Source of the DNA: Monosiga brevicollis MX1
Taxonomy: Eukaryota
Direction: 5' to 3'
DNA: 37,069 nt
NCBI RefSeq assembly: GCF_000002865.3
Contig: NW_001865083.1
Span: 1 to 37,069, forward strand
The translations under genes were made by a program, and so were the position numbers. The notes beneath the pieces were generated by a model. It ran no database searches. It was not told the origin of the DNA and saw nothing but the letters and a program-made list of their open reading frames with translations. Shown here piece after piece: positions 9,026-20,500 of this stretch. Numbering within the stretch: the stretch's first letter is position 1; each line of letters opens with the position of its first letter.

Positions 9026-10360
9026 TTAGAGGCTGTGATCGAGGGTAAAGCCCCAGAGGTCTTCGAGGTGGGTCCGGTCTTCCAAGAGGCTGGCCAGGGC
9101 GTAGTGGAGGCCCGGGGCGCCGTTGCAAGAGGCGTGGGTGAGGTGCAGGGCGGCGTCACGCATGCGGAGGCGTTGCTGGTGACGGGCGTGGGCGGGTTGA
9201 TTGGCGAGGTGGTCGAGGAAGCGTTGGAAGCGGGGGGTGTTGGTGTCGTGTAGAAAGGTTTCGACCCAGCCGTGGTAGTCGACGTGGCGAATGTAGGGAG
9301 CAGGGCGAAGGGCGTTGGTGACAATGGGGATGCAGCCGACGCGCAGGGCATCGAAGAAGCGGGTGTCGCAGTTGGTGTCACCTCGGGGGGTGGGGCAGTA
9401 TTCGCATTGGGCGTAGAGGAGGGCGGATTCATCGGTGCGCAGGGAGGTGGCTGCAAGGTTGGCACGATCGGAGCGGCAGTTGCCCTGGACAAACGAGTCG
9501 TTGCGTTGGAGGAGGGCGTCGGCGACCATGGTGCGTTCGGCGTTGAGGAGGGTGCCTTGGAAGCAGAAGCGGTAGGGGCGGGGCCAGGCGGGATCAAAGG
9601 GGGCGGTGAGAATGGGAAAGTCGACGGGAAACTGGGGCAGGACGACGTGGTTGGCCAGGATGGGCTGGAGGTGCGGATCCCGGAGTTCGTGGGACTGCAT
9701 GTTCTTAATGTCCGGGGAGAGAAACTTGATGTGGGGGTAGTCGGCGAGGAGCTGGCGCATGGGGGCGCGGAGGTTGGTGCGGGCGGGAAAGGGGCGACGG
9801 CTGACGGTGAAAAACTGAAGGTGGGGAAAGCGGGCCCGTAGGGGGTCAAGGGCAAGGCGGGCAGCACGAGCAAAGTCCAGGTCGGGATTTTTGGCGCAGC
9901 GAGCGTCCTGGCAGTCGGCAGGAAAGGGAAAAAGGACGACATCGGCGTGGGCCGGGTCGGTGACGAGGGTGCGGGTAACATTGGCGCGAATCTGGTCATA
10001 GACTGGAAATTCGGCGCACTCGGCGCACCGAGGGCCTAGGGCTGATTCTAGCTCGGCATCGGCCACGTAGACTCTTGGCACGCGGACGCGCGGGTGCACC
10101 CGAGTGCAGTTGGGCGGACCCAGGCGGGCGAGCCCCGCTTGTCCATCGGGGCCGGGCTCGGAGAGGGAGCGCACATGCGCGTGCCGGCGCCATGCCGGGG
10201 TGCAGGTGAGGCGGTCATAGACAAATCGGATCGTTTCCAGCGGCGAACTGCCCTGGACCCAGGGACCAAGCGCAAACGCGACGAAGAGGAGCAGAAGCAG
10301 GAGCAAGGACAAGGATTTCAAAGCCCAGGCCGGCGAAGGCCGCCACCACGCCCGCCGCAT
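9026..10360 (-). CDS. Exostosin-family (GT47) glycosyltransferase, type II membrane protein, intronless
   Basis: ATG at 10360 (MRRAWW) precedes a hydrophobic anchor LSLLLLLLLFVAFAL. GT47 motifs: VYVAD, TDPAHADVVLFP, RPYRFCFQG, YCPTPRGDTNCDTRFFDALRVGCIPIV. Stop at 9026-9028. Confidence 0.88.
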   Translation of the reverse strand: MRRAWWRPSPAWALKSLSLLLLLLLFVAFALGPWVQGSSPLETIRFVYDRLTCTPAWRRHAHVRSLSEPGPDGQAGLARLGPPNCTRVHPRVRVPRVYVADAELESALGPRCAECAEFPVYDQIRANVTRTLVTDPAHADVVLFPFPADCQDARCAKNPDLDFARAARLALDPLRARFPHLQFFTVSRRPFPARTNLRAPMRQLLADYPHIKFLSPDIKNMQSHELRDPHLQPILANHVVLPQFPVDFPILTAPFDPAWPRPYRFCFQGTLLNAERTMVADALLQRNDSFVQGNCRSDRANLAATSLRTDESALLYAQCEYCPTPRGDTNCDTRFFDALRVGCIPIVTNALRPAPYIRHVDYHGWVETFLHDTNTPRFQRFLDHLANQPAHARHQQRLRMRDAALHLTHASCNGAPGLHYALASLLEDRTHLEDLWGFTLDHSL

Positions 10361-10529
10361 CTCAAGCGTGATGTGATGCCGTGAAAGGGGCGGGGAAGGG
10401 CGGGAATATATCAGCACGCCGTCCAATACCAGGCGCTACTACCCCGTCCGCCGCGCAGCCTGGTCTCGAGTCTGCCATTCACAGCGTCCGACGCTCAAAT
10501 ATTAAAAAATTAAAAATTAAAAATTTGAA

Positions 10530-10708
10530 TCTCTCTCTCTCTCTCTTAACTCGCTCTCTCTCTCTTAACTCTTCACTCGCTCTCTCTCTCTCTCTGAATC
10601 TCTCTCCAAATTCGCTCTCTCTCTCTCTGAATCTCTCTCTGAATCTCTCTTTGAATCTCTCATCACTCTCTCTAAACTTCTCACTCTCTCTGAGTTTCTC
10701 TCTCTCTC
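10530..10708. repeat. Degenerate (CT)n / CTCTCTGAAT pyrimidine tract in a divergent intergenic region
   Basis: Direct reading. It lies between the exostosin (-) and vWA-Hint (+) starts. Confidence 0.9.
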
Positions 10709-11418
10709 AACTTTCAATGGTCTGTGTCCCTCTCGGTTTTCATTACTACATGTGGTAATTACGTCGTTTCTTGGTGCCTTTGTCAAACATGATTCTCGTC
10801 TTTCTCTGTTTGACTTCTTTTCTCACTACATGTAGTACTTACAGTTAACGTATCTCGTTGCCTCACACACACACTCACACACATCCAAGTTAAAAATAGC
10901 AAATCATGCCAATTTAAGCACACACGCCCAGTTGCGCCACATCTTGATGTTCATCACAGCTCTAAGATTTATGCTTTCAACCTCTAATTCTCTGAACCTT
11001 GATACACTCTCCTTCCTCTCTCTGCTTTCGCTTTTCTTTCCCCTTATACCAAAACCCCCTCTCAGACTCCCTCTCTATGATCATCCCCATTTGCTCCTAC
11101 CCTCTCAAAGTCACACGAGCAGCGCTCTTTTCTCTCACGCTGCCTCGCCGTGTGCGCGGCGGCCAGCTGACTCACATTTATCTCCGGCTTTTTCCTTCTG
11201 GATCTCGTCCTTTGCAAGCACCTTTCTCTTCTGCTTGGTCTGCGGTTGTTGTCAGGTCAGCTCCCTTGTTCCCTTGTTCCATGCATACCTTCCCTCTTAC
11301 CCCTTGCCTGCCCTTCTCACGTCCCAACCTGACCGTCCAATTCCAGCTAGCGCCTGGCTGCTCCCTGAAAACCTTCAACGCCTCCTCGCCTCAGCGCGCT
11401 CCAACACCAACAGACGAC

Positions 11419-13721
11419 ATGTGGGAACCGGTTTCAGATGGGCATTGGGTGCAAGAGCCAGAGTCCGACCCAGAATCCGAAACCAGCGATGCAGGGGAGG
11501 ACAGAGAAAAAGACCCAGCAAACACTCGCCCAACCGACCAGCACCCCCAGTCCACCGCGCCCGCCCTTAGCGCCCAACTGTATGCCACGTCGACTGCCGA
11601 CACGTTGATATGCGCGCTGGCTGCCAGCGCGGCCTCGGCTCGCGACACGCCTTTACACGTGTGCTTGGTGCTGGACCGCTCCGCCTCAATGTCCGTGCCC
11701 GTCACTGCACGAGATCGCGAGCATGCCATTGTCGAGTACGACATTACCGTCATGGACATGGTCAAGTATGCCGCCCGCGTGGCCCTCCACTGCCTTGCTC
11801 CGGGCGACCGCATCTCCGTCGTCTCCTTTGCTGATCAAGCTCGCATCGACGTACCCCCTACCACCCTCCCGAGCACCCCCACTACCACCACCACCACCAC
11901 CGGCCCCGCCGCCCAAGGCAACTCCGAACTGGCGGCGGTTGTCGCTGGGATCGACCAGATTGCCGCCGAGGGCCGCACCAACCTGTGGGCTGGCCTGCGC
12001 ACCGCCCTCACCCTCCTCCGCGAGCACCATGTGCCTGGAACCCACAACCTCTGCATTGCCCTCACGGATGGCGTGCCCAATTGCCACCCGGCCCTGGGCT
12101 ATGTCGAAGCCCAACGCGCCTTTCAAAACGACCCCGACTTTCGCTACGTTCTCAACACCATTCCATTTGGCTACGAAGACATGGACGCCAAGCTCCTTCA
12201 CCAGCTAGCCCTGCAAGGCGGTGGCATCATGGTCAACGTACCCGACTGCGGCATGGTCGGCACCGTGCTCACCAACATGCTGGCCAATGCCAAGACCACC
12301 ACCCATTGCGACCTGGCCCTGCATGACCCCCACCGCCTCCTCAACCGCCGACTCCCTTGCCGGGCCGATGTCGCATATGACCGCAAGCTTGGGCGCCTCG
12401 CTCTCGGTACCCTCCATGCCCAGCAGCCCCGCCACCTGGCCCTCGCCCTGGATCCTAGCCAGGCTGCCGCCCTTGCGCCTCTGACGACGAGGACGAGAGC
12501 GAGGACCTTGAGGATTTTGAGGACGTCGACCATCACACCGTTCTCAAGCTAGATCTGTCGCACCTTTTGACCCTGCGCGCCTTCAACGTACGCACGGGCC
12601 AGGTGGAAGAGGTGCCCGTGCCCCTTGCTGACCTTGAACTGCCCGAGTCCGAGGAAGCGCGGACGCTGCTGCGCGATGCTGTGTGTGCCGAGGTGCGCCA
12701 GCTCAACGTGCTGATGGCTGCGCGCCGCAATCACACGGCCAGTCAACAGCTTGCTGCTTTTCTGGAAGACCACGACGTACTGGACCTGGACCCCGAGCTG
12801 TTTATCGACCTGAACGAGCAGGTGCGCCAGGCCCTGGCCCCGAATGCTTACCGCCGCTGGGGTCATACCTACCTTCCCTCCCTTGTGATGGCCTACACCG
12901 CCCACCTTCGGCACAACTTTAAGGACCCTGGCGTGCAACATTTTGGCGGCTCCCGTTTTCGTCAGCTGGCTGCCCAGATGTCCGACATTTTCGACAGCCT
13001 CCCGGTGCCCCAACCTTCACTGCACACTGGACGCCGCCTCCCTTCCCTGGCCGTGCTCAACGATTGCCTGGGCGGCTGCTACACCGGCGACAGCCTTGTT
13101 ACCCTGGCCGACGGTACCGTCTGCCGTTGCGATGCCGTTCGGCCCGGCTTTTGTTTGGCCGGCGGGGCTCGCGTGGCGTACGTCATGGCCACGGCGTGCG
13201 TTTCCGGGCGCGAAGACCTCTGCCTTGTGGCCCCAGGGCTGAGCTTGACTCCCTGGCACCCCATTTGCCGCGAGAACGAGTGGTTTTTCCCCGCCGATCG
13301 CTATCCCATCCTGCGCAGTCAACGCTGCGCTTTCAAGTATAGCTTTATTCTCGATGCTCCACCGTCGCGCGGGGCCGTGGTTGTGGTCGGTGGCGTCTCC
13401 ACTGTGGCGCTCGGTGGTGCCGACCAAGCGCGAGCAGCCTTGCCCGCGGCTCGCGACCCCAACGCCGTGCTGGAACACGCCTTTTTTGGCACCACCGCCG
13501 TCCGCCGCCGCGTGGCCGAGCTTGCCCCGCTCTCCAGCAGCCGGGTTGCTGGCCGCTACCTCGTGCTTCAACCGCACGCCTTTATCCGCCCGACTCCCTC
13601 GGCTCCCATCTCGGACATTGACGCCCGCGCCGTTGTGCCCCTATGCATAACCCTCAACCCGGCTTGGCTTTTCAACTTTTCACCGCGGGCTGTCTCCCAG
13701 GCAGCTGTACCTTGCGCATAA
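11419..13721 (+). CDS. vWA-Vwaint-Hint (Vint-type) autoprocessing protein, interrupted by an apparent frameshift at ~12459-12480
   Basis: The first frame from ATG 11419 has vWA MIDAS CLVLDRSASM, ISVVSF, GRTNLWAGL and ALTDGVPN. The second frame (to 13721) has Vwaint YRRWGHTYLPSL...NFKDPGVQHFGG...FDSLPVPQPS, the Hint start GG|CYTGDSLVTLADG (Cys 13077-13079), block B LTPWHPI, YSFILD and the Vint tail HAFFGT. Confidence 0.87.
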
Positions 13722-14025
13722 CTAGTGGCTGTGTAGCGTCCTTTTTCTCTTTTCCTCAAGCCGTGCCGTGCCAGTTTTTCATCTTATCCGTGTATATGAC
13801 TGCTCATTACCACCTTTATACCAGCCTGCTCGTCTGCATTTTTTTTTCCATTGGGACCTGCCGTGCATGTCTCGTGCCAGTTGTAATTGCAAGACGAGTT
13901 CTCAGTCAGGCGCTTTGCAATTTAATCATTCCGCCCCTTTCTCAGACAACACCGCCATCATCCCACCCCCACCAGCCGAGGCTCGCACACCTGCGTCTTG
14001 CTCCGCCTCCCCTTTCTTAAAACCC

Positions 14026-14235
14026 TCTCCTCTCATAATCTCTCTCTCTCTAAATCTCTCCCCTCATGCTCTCTAAATCTCTCTCTCTGAATCCCTCTCT
14101 GAATCCCTCTCTGAATCTCTTTGCTCTCTCTTTGTCCCTTTCTCTCTCTCTTGGAATCTCTCTTTCTGTTGATCCCTCTTTCTGTTGATCCCTTTCTCTC
14201 TTTTTTTCATCACACGTACACTCGCTCTTCTCAAA

Positions 14236-14281
<46 letters not shown>

Positions 14282-14385
14282 AACTTTCTCTCTCTCTCTC
14301 CCTCTCTCCCTCTTCTCTCAACTTTCCTCTCTCTCTCTCACCTTTTCCTCTCTCTTCTCTCACGTTTTCCCTCTCTTCTCTCAAC

Positions 14386-14482
<97 letters not shown>

Positions 14483-14521
14483 TATTAAATTTTTCCTCTC
14501 TCTCTCTCTCTTCTCTCTCTC
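14026..14521. repeat. Long CT-rich microsatellite (pure (CT)n at ~14391-14480) immediately upstream of VPS8
   Basis: Direct reading. Confidence 0.95.
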
Positions 14522-14549
14522 AAAACGAAAACAGCTTCAGTGGAGGAGG

Positions 14550-17500
14550 ATGAGTGAGCGGCGCCGAGGCAACGGCAGCCGGGGCAGTGGATCAGAGGGG
14601 ATGGGAGGCAGTGGTGCTGGCATGGAGCGCGCTGGTTCAAATAGTGCCTCTACTCCTACTCGGGGGAGTGGTGGTGCAGATGATGATGAGGTAGATCCCC
14701 TTGTCTGCGCTGCCCCCTTGCGCTGCTCTCCAACCCCTTGCTACCTCTTTCGTCTCCTCCGCCTCCGCCGCCTCCTCCTCCGCCGCGCCTCTGCCTCCTC
14801 CGCGCTGTGCCCCCGCTGTTCTCACACCAAGATTGTGGCTTTTGGCGTACCCCGTGTAGTTTTTGCGAGAAGCCAAGCGGGCGGGCCATCGAACCAGCGC
14901 CACCCACGCCCCAGCTCTGGCCGCCATCCTGGCAGAGGAAGACGACGAGGTCGACCCTTTTCTCGCCGAACTGGCCGACAAGGGCGCTCAGCCCGCGGCC
15001 GCGCCTCACGTAACCAAAGCCGCACCCGAGCCTTCGGCCTCCACCGCCATGCTCGGGGCTGCGCCCCTTCAACAAAAGGCCCAGACAGCGCCCGTGGCAT
15101 CCCCGGCCAGCTCCACCCGCTCGAGCCGCGCCCCAACCAAGGGCGCCGCCTCTCCCGCCACACCCGCAAGCCGCAGCCGAAGCAACACTCAAACTTCCAC
15201 CGCCAGCTCTGCAGCTGGCAAGATCGTCAACAACGACAGCGTCAAGTCCTTGTGCGTGCCCCCGGCCTCCTTTTTTTTTTTTTTGCTCCGTCGTGTGCCC
15301 TCTCTCCTTTTCTTCCCACACACTTTGCCAGCCCCCACCTGACGTTTTTAAGACCCACCCCTTTTTCTCCCCAGGCGCCTCAAGCATGGACGCATTCTCC
15401 GCTCCCAGGCCCTCAGCCAGCTTTCTAGCAATCTGGCTGCCGGTCACATCAAGAGCGAATCTGGACGGCCGACAGCCCTGGTCAGCCACCGTCCCACCAT
15501 CACCTAGGCTTCCTTTGCCCCGCCCCAATCACGACGATTCATTCTCCCGCCCTCCCTCGCTACGGCAGGCCATTGGAGGCAAGAGTACTGTTGCCGTTGG
15601 CACTGCCTTTGGCCTGGTTCTTATCTATGAGCAACAGGTCTGCTCCCCGCGATCTCTGGCCGGCGCCCTGTCAGCCCTTTTCGACCCGCCACCTCACGTT
15701 TGTGGCGGCATACAGACCCTGCAACGCATGCTTGGCAACCTCGAGTCGACGATGCGCTCCGCTGTCACCGCCATCGATCTCGACGTGGAAGAATCTCGCG
15801 TCATCTGCGGTTACGAGAATGGTGTCATTGTTCGCTGGGACCTCGTCTCTGGCAAGCCACTCAACAACATTGAAAAGGTTTACAACAGCGGTACGTCATC
15901 CGTCCCGCTACCTTCTCTAGACCAGCTTGCCGTCCGTCAGCACACCATCTCCACGTGATCTTCGTCTCACCTCTTTGTATCCTTTCCCAACCCCAACCCC
16001 AACCCTGTCTTTCCATCATTGCGAAACAGCGGTCACGGCTCTGGCCTTGACACCAGATCGTCGCCTCGCCGTGTCGCTGAGCGCCGAGGGCTCGGCCTAT
16101 TCCCATGGGTTCAAAAAAGTCATGGGTGTCCGTGTTGTCGACAATCACTGCATTCTGTCTTCCGAGTACGTTCTGGCATTGCCCCACCTGCCAAGTGTAG
16201 CGCCCGCCCCCCTCATCCTACCGCGCATGTCCCCATATCCCGCAACAGTCAAGTCAAATGCTGCACACTTGCGGCTCTCAAGGTCCCTGAAGGCATGAGC
16301 TCGCCCGAAAACGTGATTGTTGCTCTCGGCTCGGCCAGCAAGGTAGGTTGTCGTCAGCCTCATCCGAGTGTAAGCCCGCCCTCCATCATTTTTTTACCCC
16401 TTTTCTTTGCGCAGGTCTTCGTTGTACGCCTCAAACCCTCCATGCATGTCCTGGCCACGCTGACCGCGAGCAACGATGATGGCATGGGCCTCGCCCTCTT
16501 GGACTGGTCTGTTCCGCGTCCCCCTATACGTGATGGGGGAAGCTTGCTTGCCCCAGCGTTCACGACACAGCTCCTCACCCGCCCATCTCCTTGCCCGACT
16601 ATCTGGCCATTCTCGCAGGACCTGGACCGAGGTGCGCTTTGACAACCGGACGCAAGTGCAGCCCATTCTCACCTACTCGTGGGGTCGCAAGGTCAATCTC
16701 CTCAATGTGGGCATGACGTCCACAACCCCGGGGGACAGTGATCTGGCCTGTGTCCCACTGGGTGCTGTTCATAACAACCGTGTCGGCCTGACCATGGTTC
16801 GATGGCTCAACAGCCGCATCATTCTAGCCATGGACCGCAATGTACGCCTTTTTGCTCGCACGCGCATTTTTGTGCACACAATGCCACTCTTCTCCCTTCT
16901 CTGGCACACCAAAAAGAAATATAATAAAGCGCAGGGTTTGATCATTCACTGGCTTGCCTTGCATGTATCCAGGAGCACGTGCTCGTCATTGACGCACGTG
17001 TAGCCCAAGTCGTTGACGTGCTGGACATGGCACCAGCCAAACTGGTCTTCAACCGACACTTTGCCAAGGTGCGTGGCCAGCCTCCACAACGGCACTTTGG
17101 CGATTCATCTGATCCAGCTTATGCTTCTGTATTGCTGCTGTCTCCTAAACTCTAGCGCCACATGCAAGAAGGCATGCGCGACTACACCTCGGCCCTGGCT
17201 GCTGGCTCTGAAGTGCTGATGGCTCTTGGCAGCGACGCCGTGCGCGTCATTCGTGTGGCTACGTACGAACCACACACGCACCCACTGCGCACTGCGCTGG
17301 TTCTTTGGGCTGGCAAAGAGAAGCAACTCACACGTGTCCGCATCTGTATGCCCGCGTTTATCCCGCGTAGCTGGACGGATCGTCTCTTGTACCTGGTCAA
17401 TAGCAAGGCGTTCCGCGCCGCCATTGAACTGGGTCTTGCCTTTTTCAACAACAAGGCCCTTGTGCCATATGGCCTGAGCTCTGACGATGAAGTCCGCAAA

Positions 17501-20500
17501 TCTCGCGTGCGCGATCAGATGCGCCACATCCTCGAAGCGTACACAGACGCTTGCCTCCAGGCTCAGTACGCCACGTGCTCGTGACTGCGGCCCCCCAGCA
17601 ATGAAACACAGCCAAACTCACACTAACCTCGCGCTATACTATAGGCCCGAGCCAGCTGCCCCGCCTGCCCAACCATCAGCCACGCCAGCAGAACCCAAGG
17701 CAGAGCCAAAGCAGCCCGACCAGGCCCTGCTTGTTCGTCGCAAGTTTTTTCGACAAATGTCACGTGTGCTCACGCAAGCCTCCTTCCAGCTGGGTCTCAC
17801 GTACGCTGCCACTCCATGCCACCCTGACCAAGGCATTCTTTTGTGCATCCCAATACCCACATCAAACTCACCGATCGTGGCTCTCACCCCCGCCGTCTCA
17901 GTGATTTTCTCATGAGCACTTTGTTCGACAAGTTGCTTGAGCACCCAACCGCATTGGCTTGTTTCCTGGAGGAGCTGCGCCCGTTGATTCTGAATGACAC
18001 CATCACAAGTTTGCCGCCCGTGGTCATGCAGGCCTTTGTTGCCCACTTTAAAGTTCGTCATTACCTCAACTCTCCTGCCTAGGCGTCTTAGTGGGGGTTC
18101 ATGTTTTGCACAGGCGACTGATGCCACACAAATGCCTTGTCATCAGAAACTCAACAAGCCAAAGATTGTGGAGGAGTGCATTTTGCACATGGACGTTTCA
18201 ACCATGGATATTAACGAGGTACAAACCCTCCCGTGCGTGCAGTCCTCTGGCCCTGCCTTGCAACTTTTCTCAACACGCGCTCTCACCGGTTCTCTCTCGG
18301 ACATTCAGCTCACCAAGCTGTGCTGGAGCTACCGCCTGTTCGATGCCATGATCTACATTTACAACAATGGGCTTGACGATTACATCTTCCCGCTGACTGA
18401 GTTTATGTCGGTATGTTCTTCATACGCGGAGCCCGACTGCCCAGCGCTACTGCGCGTAATGTCTTGTGCACAGGCTACCCGCCCCAGCTGACCTGGTGAA
18501 TATTCCCTTCCATGTTTAAATCAGCGGCTGCGTGCCAGCGTCAAGAGCCGCGCAAGCACCATGGGTAGTGGTGATGTGGCTGACCTCCTCAGCCCGCAGG
18601 ATCAGACTCTTGGCAACAAGCTCCTTGTATACTTGAGCTATTGTCTAGCTGGCCGTGCTTACCCGCGCGGTGAACTTCCTCCGTACGTCGTGTATCTTGA
18701 TGTTTGGGCCGCATACCGTCTGTCTGGCCCTTCCGTGTATGGCTTGATTTTCAAGCTCTCTCTTTCTCTTTCTCTCCTCTCTCTCCTCTCTTTCACTCTT
18801 ATTTTGTGGCGCCATCTCTGGCTCGTGTACGACAAATTTGGCCCCTTCAGACACAAGGTCAACAAGGTCCGCGTGAACATGTACCGCCGCTTTTTATTGC
18901 TTCAACACGATCCATCTGGTGCCATCAAGGAGACGTACCCCAACTTGCGCACCCTCCTGCGCTTCAATACGCGAGAAGTGCTCAACGTGCTCTCGCTAGC
19001 ATTTGACGATTTGCAAGTGATCTTGGAACAAGGCGATGAAGAGGCTGTCAACGGACTGCCTTCCCCGCAGCATGTCATCGATACGCTTGAGCACGTCATG
19101 AGTAAGGACCCGGCTTCTTTCAACGCCCAGCAGGTCTGTCATTATTGAGGCCCAGCTCTGCTTCATCCATCAGTGGGGCAAAGGAGGATATGACGACATT
19201 TTTCTGGCTCCTTGCTGGTATGCCAATTCCAAGCCAAAACCGTCCTCTCACCCGTTGCTATTTCTTGGCGCTCTGCTTCGCAATTTTTCAGCTTTGCAAT
19301 TTGTACACCTTTATTGCTCGCCAGTTTGCTCGCGGACGAGGCGTGTCACGGGTATGTTCCTGACTCTCGTTATCTTTTTTGGGATGGATGCCCCACCGCG
19401 AGGCCACTCATGTAACATCCAACCCTGACCCACGGCGCATGCAGCTTCAAGCCGATCGACTCTTGTCCGTCGTCGAGCGACTCACAGATACGCGCGACGA
19501 GACGCAGAAGGATGAACGTGAACAGGCACTTCTAGAGCTACTCTCGGCAACGGGGCTCGAGGCGTTTCGCAAAGACCAGCTTTTGGTCCAGGCCGAGCAG
19601 GCGCACTTTTGGGAAGTGTGCAAGGTTGTGCTTGAAAGCCAACGCCGTTTTGCCGATGTCATTCCCTGCCTGCTCAATGATCAGATTAAGAAGCAGCAAG
19701 CGTTTCGCTACGCGCATCAAAAGTTGCGCATCATCTCCGGCCAAGAGCGCCAGGACATGGTGGATGCTGTCATCCGCCTCTTTCCCAAGCTGGTGGCCAC
19801 CTCAGCCCGTGAGGCCGCTCGGCTTGTGATTGAGGACTTTGAGCCCATCTTACCCCAAGTAAGGGCCCGCCCGTCGACACAGAGGCTACCCTTGTGCCAC
19901 ATCCCGTCCGGGGCTAACGCGATTTGAGCTGTGTCCCTTAGCTGATGCGTCTTCTTCAAAAGACGCCAAAGTTGCACTACGCTTTTTTGCTTCACTACAG
20001 CAAAGCCAAGGTTAGACCATCCTTGAAATTTGCGTGTCCTTTGTCTGTTCCGAGCATTTCCTTTGACCGCATTTCCTTTACCATCCCTGGCTTGCTTGTC
20101 CATTCTCACTCAATGTTGTTTGTTTGCACGCTCTTGGTCTCTTCAGAGCGAAGAAGAGGAAGACAAAACCAGTCGCGAAGTTATAGAGCAGCTCATTGAG
20201 CTCATGTGTCAGGTGTGATAACTTGCTGCCAAGGCGATGCGCCTCAACAGCCCCTAAGCTAACACCTTTATGTTGGCGGTCTGCATCTAGCTGGAGCCTG
20301 CCCGTGTGTACAAGTTTCTGCAAACCACCAACAACTATCGCGTCGACGACGTACTTGCACTATGCAAGCAGTATCGCCTGCCCGATGCCACGTGCTGGTT
20401 GTACGAGGTTAAGGAACAGTACACAGAGGCGTTTCAACTCATCAAGGCTGTACGTGGCATTCTACGAACGCTCGCTCAACGTTTGACACAAGAATCTGGC

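Noticed and set aside
9007..9999. 330-aa Pro/Ser/Thr-rich ORF
   Set aside because: Alternative-frame artefact of the GC-rich exostosin CDS.
10999..11418. N-terminal 140-aa extension of the vWA ORF
   Set aside because: It starts at a non-ATG codon in pyrimidine-rich UTR-like sequence. ATG 11419 is more plausible, although an upstream exon cannot be excluded.
13077..13721. Canonical intein or Hedgehog protein
   Set aside because: No endonuclease, no C-terminal His-Asn plus extein nucleophile, and no Hedge domain or signal peptide. It fits the Vint class.
14121..15428. 435-aa ORF with an LSLSLS run
   Set aside because: Translation of the CT microsatellite running into VPS8 exon 1 and intronic sequence.
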